A DNA stretch of 64,000 nt from Dehalococcoidia bacterium (lineage in GTDB: Bacteria; Chloroflexota; Dehalococcoidia; Lucifugimonadales; JAGWBF01): the NCBI GenBank assembly GCA_965224415.1, contig CBDCZB010000004.1, positions 801,660-865,659 on the forward strand. Direction: 5' to 3'. The notes beneath the pieces are model-generated. The model made no database searches, had not been told where the DNA came from, and saw only the letters and a list, made by a program, of their open reading frames with translations. Positions 52,920 through 60,884 of this stretch are shown here, piece after piece. Numbering within the stretch: position 1 is the stretch's first letter; each line of letters opens with the position of its first letter. A program made the position numbers and the translations under genes.

Positions 52920-53050
52920 ATGATGAGGTTGCGAGAAGCTCTGGATCGCGTGCCCGATCACCGTAGAAGTCAGGTCCTACGTCGCCCTTTGGGGGCAATT
53001 CTGAGGTTGGCGGCGTACGCCTTCTGTGCCGGTGTCGTAAGTTACCGCAG
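52920..53050 (+). pseudogene. Remnant of an ISAs1-family transposase N-terminus (DDE_Tnp_1-associated domain)
   Basis: LREALDRVPDHRRSQVLRRPLGAILRLAAYAFCAGVVSY resembles the ...DPR...H.L..IL.LA..A.L.GA.S signature. Only ~44 codons survive, and they run into the convergent lactonase gene. Confidence 0.35.
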
Positions 53051-54067
53051 CAACTCCACAATCGATATCCATCCTGGATTGTTTCCCAATGGAGTTGTCC
53101 CCACCCGGGTCAACTCCCCCGAATCCGGGTTGACGCTAAAGGTGGCCATTTGGCCAGATTCATGGCCAGCGGAGTAGATGAACCGGTCCCCTGGTCCCAG
53201 GCATAGGGCGTTGGGTATGGCTTCGGAGGGAACGATGCCGTTGGCAGTCAACTCTCCAGTGGCAGTGTCCACCAAGAAACAAGCGATGCTGTTATGTCCC
53301 CTGTTTGGCGCATACAGGAACCTCCCCGACCTCGTGACCTGGATCTGCGAGCAGGTGTTCCGCTCCGTGAAGCCCTCTGGCGGCAAAGTGGTTATGGTCT
53401 GGAAGAGCGACAGCGTTCCCGCGGCGGTGTCCAGCCGGTATCCGCTCACGCTGCACCCCTGCTCGTTGGAGAAGTAGAGGACGTCCAGGGAAGGATGAAA
53501 GCAAAAGTGGCGAGGCCCCAAGAATTCTTCCGGTTCCACTGTGGCGGGCGAGTTGGGGGTAATGTGGCCCGTGTTCTCGTCGAACTTGAATTGCCAGATG
53601 GCATTGGGGCCGTTTCCGGCTATGTGGGGGACGAAAGCGTAGCTGTTGGTCGGGTCGGTCTCCATCGCGTGGGCCCCTCTCGCCGTTTCCAGCCATTCGA
53701 CGGGCGGCCCTTCCACCGACCCGTCATCCCCTATGGGGTGCACCCCCACACGCGCGTCATGGTAATAGGCCGACAGCACGAACCTGTCCCTGCGGTCCGT
53801 GGATACGTAGGCCGGACTTGCCTCCAACGGCACCGCCCCCGTCTGCGTGAGGCCTCCGCTGGACTGGTCAATCCGGAAACTGATTAACTGAGCGGGTTCC
53901 CGGCAGCCGGCATACAGATAATTGCGGTCGTGACTGATCGCTAGGGTAAAGGGTCCGCCGGGCACGGGCACGTCGTCTTGATGCGTAAGACCTCCGGTTT
54001 GGGGGTCCACGGTAAAGACCGATACTTTGTTGTCCTCTTGCACAGCAACATACATGTAGTAGGACAT
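53042..54067 (-). CDS. Beta-propeller lactonase (6-phosphogluconolactonase/YbhE-like)
   Basis: AAGGAGGGA RBS before ATG 54067. MSYYMYVAVQEDNKVSVFTVDPQTGGLT and repeated ...P..l..sPdgrflY blades. Confidence 0.8.
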   Translation of the reverse strand: MSYYMYVAVQEDNKVSVFTVDPQTGGLTHQDDVPVPGGPFTLAISHDRNYLYAGCREPAQLISFRIDQSSGGLTQTGAVPLEASPAYVSTDRRDRFVLSAYYHDARVGVHPIGDDGSVEGPPVEWLETARGAHAMETDPTNSYAFVPHIAGNGPNAIWQFKFDENTGHITPNSPATVEPEEFLGPRHFCFHPSLDVLYFSNEQGCSVSGYRLDTAAGTLSLFQTITTLPPEGFTERNTCSQIQVTRSGRFLYAPNRGHNSIACFLVDTATGELTANGIVPSEAIPNALCLGPGDRFIYSAGHESGQMATFSVNPDSGELTRVGTTPLGNNPGWISIVELLR

Positions 54068-54077
54068 AATTCCCTCC

Positions 54078-54323
54078 TTAAAGGGCCCGCGAAGCGACAA
54101 ACTCTCGTACCTGTTGGGTGCACCGCTCCGGGTGGATTACGTTGATGCTGTAATCCAGCCCAGGATAGACCACCAACGGGGAGTCCGGCAACTGCCTGGT
54201 AATCAACCGCTGTTGCTCCAGGGTCGAGGTGGGCGATTCCTCTCTCACGAAAAGCAGCGTCAGGGTTTCGACCTCCTTCAAGGTGAGGTGCCGGTCGACG
54301 TGAGGAAGCAACATTAGAACCAC
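54078..54323 (-). CDS. Hypothetical protein (looks like the C-terminal part of an alpha/beta hydrolase)
   Basis: 81-aa ORF overlapping the lactonase start by 23 nt. TLLFVREESPTST...SPLVVYPGLDYSINVIHPERCTQQVREFV resembles the final strand-helix region of alpha/beta hydrolases, but the His position is unclear. Confidence 0.3.
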   Translation of the reverse strand: MVLMLLPHVDRHLTLKEVETLTLLFVREESPTSTLEQQRLITRQLPDSPLVVYPGLDYSINVIHPERCTQQVREFVASRAL

Positions 54324-54365
54324 AAAAAGCCAAAGTAGTGTCGGGTACTAATTTGGCTTTATTTC
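54324..54365. terminator. Bidirectional terminator-like hairpin at the island boundary
   Basis: AAAAAGCCAAA-(17 nt)-TTTGGCTTTATTT: a 7-bp stem flanked by an A-run and a T-rich run. Confidence 0.45.
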
Positions 54366-54498
54366 ATAGGTAAGAAGTGGCTCCCCAACGCGCCCAACAC
54401 TACGTACTTTCGTCTGGGCCTGGTTCGAGTACCAAGACCCAACGTATCAGCACACCCAACCCAAAACAACCTTTTATCTTAGGCGCAATCCAGTAGCG

Positions 54499-54705
54499 TT
54501 GGCGTTAGACTGGCAGTGCCGCCTAGAGTCCGGTGGAGCTGCCTCGAGAGCGGAACTCGCCCGCCAGATGGGAGTCACAAGGGCCCACGTCACCCAGGTA
54601 CTGAGCCTGCTTCAACTTGCGCCTGAAGCCAAAAAGATGATCCTGAACCTAGGTGACCCCATCACAAAGAGGAAGTTAGGCATTCGTACCTTGCGGTCTT
54701 TATAG
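54499..54705 (+). CDS. Small HTH protein / fragment (ParB-like DNA-binding helix-turn-helix)
   Basis: SRAELARQMGVTRAHVTQVLSLLQLAPEAKKMIL is an HTH of the kind seen in ParB-like/MerR-like accessory proteins of mobile elements. Non-ATG start, possibly truncated. Confidence 0.4.
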   Translation: MALDWQCRLESGGAASRAELARQMGVTRAHVTQVLSLLQLAPEAKKMILNLGDPITKRKLGIRTLRSL

Positions 54706-56293
54706 AGCCTTCTGAAGGAAGAACAATTAGTATGGATACAAGCGTACAAAGCAGAAGCGGTTTAAATGATCGGGTCGAATCCTCCACGGTGGACATTTTC
54801 GCTGTACAACAACACAGGTCACTAGCAGCCCGTCCGAGGATTATCTGACGGCGCTTGCGGGTCAGCGACAATGGATCGCGACAACTAATTTTGCCGGTTG
54901 CCCCGGCCGGCCCCCAGATAGGTTTGCGAATAGCGCCGTGCTCAACTACCTCGGCAAAGTTCCTGATGCGTTGGGCTGGCCCATCGACCCGTGCTTTCCT
55001 GTGCAGATTGACCCCAGAGCGGAACAGTTTGAGCAGGTTGTGGCCGGTGCAGATCAGCGACCATTCGCCGTTCACCTTCTCCAGTCCCCGCAGCAGGAAC
55101 TGCCGGAATCCCCGGCCCTGCTTGATCTGGCCGAATGCCGGCTCCACAGTTTGCATCCGCAAAGCGTAGCGCTGCCGCCCCCGCTTGGTCTGTAACTTCC
55201 GTCGCATCCGGTCCCTGGGAGACAGATGGCTGGGTATGCGACCTCGGGGCTCGGGCGGCACAACCCGGCCGTGGCGGGTCTGCTCCGGCGCGACGAACGG
55301 GTCCACACCCAGAGCATAGAGCTCGGCGACTGCCTTTGCCGAGTAGTAGCCAGCATCGGCGGATACTTCCCTGGGGACTGCACCGACGTTGTCGATGGTC
55401 TCCTCCATCATCGCCGCAGCCTGTTGCTTATCCGAAGTCTGGTTGGTGGCCCGCGCCGCCACGATCACCTGGTGAGCGCTGTCCACCACCGCCTGACAGT
55501 TGTACGCTTGCAGGAAGTCCTTTCCTCCAGGTGCGGGGATGATGCGCGACTCGGCATCGGTGAAGTTGCGCTGGGCCTTGTCGTCGGGCGCCCCCGGGCG
55601 CTTACCGCCTTCGGCCTCGGCCTGTTCGCCAGCCGCCTGCGCCTCGGCTTCCAGCGCCGCCATGGCTTCCCGTATATTCTCCAACCGACCCTCTCGAAAG
55701 GCCAACTCCTGAGGCAACTCATCTCCACGCTTGTCTTTGCCGTACCGCCGGTCTTCCTCATCATCCGCTGCCTGGGCCTGTCGCAACAACTGCGCTGCCT
55801 TCTCCTTCATCCGTTGGCAACTCATCGCCTTATGCTTCGATGCGTTGGCCTTGACCTTCGTGCCGTCCAGCGCCACGTGCCCCAGCTTCACCAGTCCCGA
55901 CTGCTGGCACAACGCCAGTACCTGTACGAACAGGCCCGACAGCGCATCCAGATTATCCTTGCGAAAGTCGGAGATGGTCCGGAAGTCCGGTGTGTTGTTC
56001 GCCGCCAACACCCTGAAGGCGATGTCCTCGTGGAGACGCTGGGCGATGCGGCGTGAGGACGCCACCCCCACGCAGTAGCCGTAGAGCAACACCTTGACCA
56101 TCATCCGTGGATGATACGGCGGCCCGCCACGCCGTTCCCGCTCGTAGCGAGCGGTGACCTTCGACATGTCCAACTGGTCCACCACGTCGGATATGAAGTA
56201 GGCCAGATGGTCGTCAGGCAGCCACTCCTGCAACGCCGCTCGCAACAGCAACTGCTGGTCGGGTTCGTAGGGAAGGTAGGTTTTGCTCATCAA
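54662..56293 (-). CDS. IS1182-family transposase
   Basis: MSKTYLPYEPDQQLLL...WLPDDHLAYFISDVVDQLD N-terminus, a coiled-coil middle and a C-terminal DDE part ending ...CTGHNLLKL. The ORF has no stop inside the IS and reads ~160 nt past the left IR. Confidence 0.8.
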   Translation of the reverse strand: MMSKTYLPYEPDQQLLLRAALQEWLPDDHLAYFISDVVDQLDMSKVTARYERERRGGPPYHPRMMVKVLLYGYCVGVASSRRIAQRLHEDIAFRVLAANNTPDFRTISDFRKDNLDALSGLFVQVLALCQQSGLVKLGHVALDGTKVKANASKHKAMSCQRMKEKAAQLLRQAQAADDEEDRRYGKDKRGDELPQELAFREGRLENIREAMAALEAEAQAAGEQAEAEGGKRPGAPDDKAQRNFTDAESRIIPAPGGKDFLQAYNCQAVVDSAHQVIVAARATNQTSDKQQAAAMMEETIDNVGAVPREVSADAGYYSAKAVAELYALGVDPFVAPEQTRHGRVVPPEPRGRIPSHLSPRDRMRRKLQTKRGRQRYALRMQTVEPAFGQIKQGRGFRQFLLRGLEKVNGEWSLICTGHNLLKLFRSGVNLHRKARVDGPAQRIRNFAEVVEHGAIRKPIWGPAGATGKISCRDPLSLTRKRRQIILGRAASDLCCCTAKMSTVEDSTRSFKPLLLCTLVSILIVLPSEGSIKTARYECLTSSL

Positions 56294-56368
56294 CGACTCC
56301 CCGCTACTGGGCTGGGCCCATCATACCCCCAAGCACTCGCCAACCGTGTTTCTCGGACGGGCTGCTAG
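54822..56368 (-). mobile_element. IS1182-family (IS5-like) insertion sequence
   Basis: Perfect 17-bp terminal inverted repeats: CTAGCAGCCCGTCCGAG (54822..54838) and CTCGGACGGGCTGCTAG (56352..56368). Confidence 0.8.
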
Positions 56369-57311
56369 GGCTTGCCGCCGACTGGGAACCGGCCCACGGT
56401 CCTTCCGGGGCAATGAATAACCACCAACGGACGGGAGCGTCGGAACTGGCTCACGCTCCCTTCCCTGTAAGGAGACCAAAAAGCCATGAGTTCGCGCTAC
56501 ACCGATGAACCGAAAGGCCCCCGGAGGCGTCTTCGACGCCTCGTTGTCCGGGTCAAAACGCCTACCCCGTCGAGGAGGCTGGTCCTGCTGCGCCTCTCCC
56601 GGCACTGGCCAGGCAGGAAGGTCCGGGTCGGCCCCGACTACATCTCCATCTCCATTCTGGTCAACGAGGGGCGCACGACCTTGAGACGCGTCCGCCGGCG
56701 GGTGCGAAAGGCCCTCGAAGTGAATGGCTTCAAGCGGCTTCGCCCGGACCCTCTGGGTTGGCTGTTTCCGCTTCTCGTTCCGGGCGCCCGGTGGCGTGGA
56801 CGTCCTCAAAAGAAGTCCGTGGTGGACGCCCCGGAAGCCTCGCTGGCCGATCTGATGTCGTCCTACACCCCCAAGCAGTGGGAGACGGTCCGGCATGGGC
56901 TGCGCATGCTTGCCGGAATGGTCGTCCGTGCTCACCTACGGCGTCAGACGTCCCGGTCCGGGGCTGTGCCGGAGCGGCCTGCTGAGGGCGAGGACGCAGA
57001 CTGAGCGGCTCACGGGAACCGGCGTCGCGGCTTCAGGCCCGTTCCCATCACGTCCGCAAACCCCACCGGCGTTTTGTCCACTCTCGCAGCTGAGGCTGTC
57101 CTTGTATTTGATTATCTTGACCTGCCCTCTAGAAGTGGTCCGAATAATATGACGTAGTGGGCCAGAAAGGGGCAGTGGGTGTCACGTAGAGGGCTTGCCT
57201 GCACCGGCGGCGCTGGGCAGCCAGATTCAGAGATGTGCTGGTTCCAGCGCAAGGCGTTCACTCTTGACGGCCTGTTCTCTAACTGAGAAACTGGGGAGTG
57301 TGAATGAGGGA

Positions 57312-57569
57312 ATGCACATCGAATGGGGGACACGGGCGATTAGGGATATGCGCCGCCTCGCCGCACGGGACAGCGAGCGGATCATCGCGAAGATTGAGCA
57401 GTATGCTGAGAACCCCGCATCGCTTGCCAGACAAGTGACCGCACTGACTGGCAGCGACTACCAGCGGTTGAGAGTCGGCCACCACCGCGTCATCTTCACC
57501 ACTCAACTCGGCGAGCCGTCGACCCTAGTTGTCCTAAGAGTACGACACAGGAGGGAGGCCTATGACTAG
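57312..57569 (+). CDS. RelE/ParE-family toxin (HigB-like arrangement)
   Basis: 85 aa: IEWGTRAIRDMRRL...YQRLRVGHHRVIFT...VVLRVRHRREAY, the typical RelE/ParE C-terminal signature. 8-nt overlap with the downstream HTH gene. Confidence 0.75.
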   Translation: MHIEWGTRAIRDMRRLAARDSERIIAKIEQYAENPASLARQVTALTGSDYQRLRVGHHRVIFTTQLGEPSTLVVLRVRHRREAYD

Positions 57570-57897
57570 CGAAGAGACCATCACCATGACCCGGAAGGAG
57601 TACGACGCTCTCATCGAGCGCAACAGCCAACTTGAGGACATGCTGGCCGCCCAGAACGCGGACGACGGCGTGCGTGTTCCCCACGAGGTCGCTCTCGACA
57701 TTATGCGGGGGAAGGGTCCCATCTTAGCGTTTCGGAACCACCAAGGCATCACCCTGAGGGAATTGTCCGAGAAAACAGGCATTGCTGTGGGCTACCTCTC
57801 CGAGATTGAGCGTGGGCGAAAACCGGGATCGACCTCGGCCTTGGCCCGCATCGCCCGTGCGCTTGGCGCCACGATCGACGTCCTGGTGAATGAATAG
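57562..57897 (+). CDS. XRE-family HTH antitoxin (HigA-like)
   Basis: GITLRELSEKTGIAVGYLSEIERGRKPGS HTH_3 motif. Lies downstream of the toxin. Confidence 0.75.
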   Translation: MTSEETITMTRKEYDALIERNSQLEDMLAAQNADDGVRVPHEVALDIMRGKGPILAFRNHQGITLRELSEKTGIAVGYLSEIERGRKPGSTSALARIARALGATIDVLVNE

Positions 57898-57951
57898 AGG
57901 CAGAGGGGATGTTGGACGCTATGGAAGTCCACAAATATACAGGAGGTCCTG

Positions 57952-58263
57952 ATGCACACTGATATTCTCACTCCTAAAGACCTCTTCCAGAAAGACGTGC
58001 GCTACACCATTCCGCCCTTTCAGCGTCCCTACGTTTGGTCCCAGGACGATCAATGGGAGCCGCTCTGGCAAGATGTCCGCAACCTAGCAGAAAACTACCT
58101 CGAGGAACTCGAACGTTCGGGCAATAACGGAGTCGAAGCGGAGCAGAAGACAAGCCCGCACTTCCTGGGCGCTGTCGTTCTCAAGCAAGTCCCTACGGCC
58201 GCAAAGGAGATAGACCAGCGTGAAGTGATTGACGGCCGACCGAACTGGGCTCGAACTAGGTAA
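57952..58263 (+). pseudogene. Truncated DUF262 (GmrSD-type, ParB-like nuclease N-terminal domain) gene
   Basis: RYTIPPFQRPYVWSQDDQWEPLWQDV is the DUF262 start. The ORF breaks off at EVIDG|RPNWARTR*, exactly where the conserved DGQQR motif should continue. Confidence 0.7.
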
Positions 58264-58456
58264 CGTCTATCATATTGGTTCTCCGTAGTGTGCGACCTGC
58301 TTCCATCAGGAAGCGCTGTACCCCACTGCCAAACACCCGCATAGACCCAAGCTCGCCGGGACATCTGACACCAGCCCGTTGACATTCACACGAGCCGGAC
58401 CAGACCATCGCTCCATACGCCCTTTGACAGGACACAGACAGAAGGAGCAATTCTAC

Positions 58457-58612
58457 ATGACCGAACGACAAAGCCCAACCGCCGCAGCTCTCTACGCGAG
58501 AGTCTCCAGCGACAGGCAGGACGTCCACCTCTCCGTCGCAGTCGAGGTGACTTCGAGTGACTGCATGACGACCAACGTGTCGCAGCCGGATAGAAAAGGA
58601 AGAGCAGCATGA
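58457..58612 (+). pseudogene. Serine recombinase N-terminal fragment
   Basis: GAAGGAG RBS. MTERQSPTAAALYARVSSDRQDV carries the catalytic-Ser motif (YARVSSxxQ), and then the sequence degenerates. ATGA overlap with the next recombinase ORF. Confidence 0.45.
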
Positions 58613-60248
58613 AGAAGAAGGATGACAGCCCGATGAGAGTTGCAATCTACGCCCGCGTTTCTTCTGAACGGCAAGCGGATAAGGATCTGTCGATCCTCGC
58701 TCAGCTCAAGGTCCTCAAAAAGTACGCACTGGGCTGCGGATGGGACGTAGTAGCTGAGTATGTCGACGAGGCTGAGAGCGCGAGATCAGCCAATCGCCCT
58801 GCTTTCAAGGACATGATCGCATCTGCCAAGAATAGAGTGAAGCCCTTCGACTCCGTCTTGGTCTGGAAGCTATCGAGATTCGCACGGAACAGGTAGGATT
58901 CAGTCATCTACAAGTCTCTGCTAAAGAGCAGAAACATTTCGGTCGTTTCCATGAACGAGCAGGTTGATGAAAGCCCAGTGGGGTTGTTGCTGGAGGGCAT
59001 CATCGAGGTGCTTGACGAGTTCTACTCAGCCAATCTGTCCCAGGACACTATTCGAGGGATGAAGGAGAATGCGTCTCGGGGATTCCGTAACGGCGGCATG
59101 ACGCCCTTCGGCTACAAACGCTCACCCACCTCAAATGGTGCGACCACGAAGTCGAAATTGACTTTGGATGACAGGGAAGCACCGATCGTGACTAGGGTGT
59201 TTGACTTAGCAGCCCACGGGCAGGGAGCGCGGGAGATAGCGAAAACGCTGAAGGATTGCGGACGCGCACGGGTAAGCACTTCGCCGCCACCGGCATCGAC
59301 CATATGCTGAGGAATGAAGCCTATGTCGGGACCATCATCTGGAACAGGTACATTAAGAGCTTTGGCAAAAGACAGAAGAGGGAGGCTTCGGAGGTGATTC
59401 GTGTCCCTAACTGTCACACCCCTCTCGTGGACAAGCAGGTGTTCGCCCAGGTGCAAGGGATGCTGACAGCACGGCGTCCATCGGTGAAACACCCCATGAC
59501 GGTTTCAAGCCAGTACCTCTTGAGCGGTCTCACCCACTGCGCACAGTGCGGCTCGACTGCTATCGGTGCCAATGGTAAGTCAGGCAAATATCTCTATTAC
59601 AGGTGCAACAGCCGACTCATGAAGGGTGTGTCAGCGTGCGATGCCCCCGCGATAAACGCCAAGAAACTAGAGGCGTTCGTGCTCGACCGGATCAAGCAAA
59701 ACATACTGACCGAGGAGAATCTAAGAGAGTTGGTGGACATGACCAATGAAGAGATGCGGGTGAACAAGCGCCGTGCGGTAGAGCAGCTTGATCGCCTGGA
59801 TCGGGAAGCGAGGTCGGTGGATCAGAAGCTGGCCCGCCTGTATACGGCCTTGGAGAGTGAGAAGGTGAATATCGATGACTTGGCGCCTCGGCTGAGAGAA
59901 CTGAGAGCCCAGCAGCGGGATCTGAATGAAAAGAGGGATGAGGCCTTGGACAAAATGACCCAGGCAGCCGATACTCCCTTGGACAGCTTAGCGATTGAGC
60001 ATTACGTGGAGGACCTAAGAAATCTACTCCAGAGCGCCTCGTTCCTTCAGTGCAAGGCCTTCCTCGGCGCCTTCATCAGGAGGATCGAATTCAACGGGCA
60101 GCAGGTCGGGATCGAGCATACGGCACCAATCCCGGCTGGCAATGGGTTAACCGCAACGGCCGAAGTACTTAGTGTTAGGAGGATTGGCTCCCCAGGTAGG
60201 ATTCGAACCTACGACCTAGCGGTTAACAGCCGCCCGCTCTACCACTGA
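58609..60248 (+). pseudogene. Large serine recombinase, disrupted (one in-frame TAG, one frameshift)
   Basis: Resolvase domain MRVAIYARVSSERQ...LVWKLSRFARNR-TAG(58894..58896)-DSVIYKSLL.... The frame then changes near 59262 (..AKTLKDCG | RTRTGKHFAATGIDHMLRNEAYVG), followed by recombinase, Zn-ribbon (CAQCGS...YYRCNS) and coiled-coil regions. The 3' end overlaps tRNA-Asn. Confidence 0.8.
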
Positions 60249-60259
60249 GCTACTGGGGA
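60185..60259 (-). tRNA. tRNA-Asn (anticodon GTT)
   Basis: Reverse complement TCCCCAGTAGCTCAGTGGTAGAGC..., anticodon loop CTGTTAA, T-arm GTAGG-TTCGAAT-CCTAC, acceptor TCCCCAG/CTGGGGA plus G plus CCA. Confidence 0.9.
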
Positions 60260-60382
60260 AGGTGAGCGCAGCAAGGGGACGAAAAATGCTGCAAAAGGGA
60301 TTCTATCATTGGGACGCTGTAGGCTCAATAAGAGCCCCGGTTCCCCCATGCAGATAGTAACGTTTTAGGAGAGATGAAGGAC

Positions 60383-60748
60383 TTACGATGCCCCGGCGTT
60401 GACGTCTGACACGAACCAGGGCATCTCAGCGGCTTCGTTCGGCCAGAGGAACTCGAAGCCCGCCTCTAGTGCATACTTCTTGTCCAAGTCTTCCCTGTCG
60501 CCGATATGGTAGTAGACGTCGGCCTCGAACTTAGCCTTAACGTCGGGAAGCATGTGCTTTGTCACGGCAAAGTCCACCGGGATGTTGTGGCTCTCCCAAA
60601 TGGCTCTCTGAATGCTGACCGGCCGGTCCGAACAACTACCTATCAAGAACCCTTTGTCTCGGACCATCCTCACCATGTCCATAGTCAGTATTCCGGGAGG
60701 GTCGCCCACCTCCAGGGTGCCGTCTATGTCGAAACTTATCAATATCAC
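60383..60748 (-). CDS. Small HAD-superfamily hydrolase-like protein
   Basis: MILISFDIDGTL (HAD motif I DxDxT), GSCSDRP (motif II-like), later IGDRE.D. Confidence 0.6.
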   Translation of the reverse strand: MILISFDIDGTLEVGDPPGILTMDMVRMVRDKGFLIGSCSDRPVSIQRAIWESHNIPVDFAVTKHMLPDVKAKFEADVYYHIGDREDLDKKYALEAGFEFLWPNEAAEMPWFVSDVNAGAS

Positions 60749-60884
60749 CAGGCAGGTTCCTCTCTTTAGGGTATCGGCCAGCCCCGCCGAGCCTGCTCAT
60801 CAGTCCAAGGACTGACGGACCTATCGGCGGGACAACGCCTTCTATTCATGCGAGAAAGTTAGAGCTAACGAAGCGCCGCGTCGG

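Larger units (their letters stand above)
54378..60194. mobile_element. Decayed integrative island at tRNA-Asn
   Basis: The 10-bp direct repeat TGGCTCCCCA occurs at 54378..54387 and 60185..60194, where the latter is the 3' end of tRNA-Asn. The contents are all accessory: HTH fragment, IS1182-family IS, HigBA-like pair, truncated DUF262 gene and a broken large serine recombinase abutting the tRNA. Confidence 0.55.

Noticed and set aside
56486-57004. 172-aa Arg-rich plus-strand ORF (and an overlapping 204-aa minus-strand ORF) between IS1182 and the HigBA-like pair
   Set aside because: It has no recognisable domain and a highly basic, low-complexity sequence, and a competing ORF lies on the other strand. 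I cannot support a call, although it might be a remnant of an element gene.
58894-58896. In-frame TAG in the serine recombinase, considered as pyrrolysine or read-through
   Set aside because: There are no Pyl machinery hints, the same gene also carries a frameshift, and the surrounding island is decayed. A nonsense mutation in a pseudogene is far more likely.
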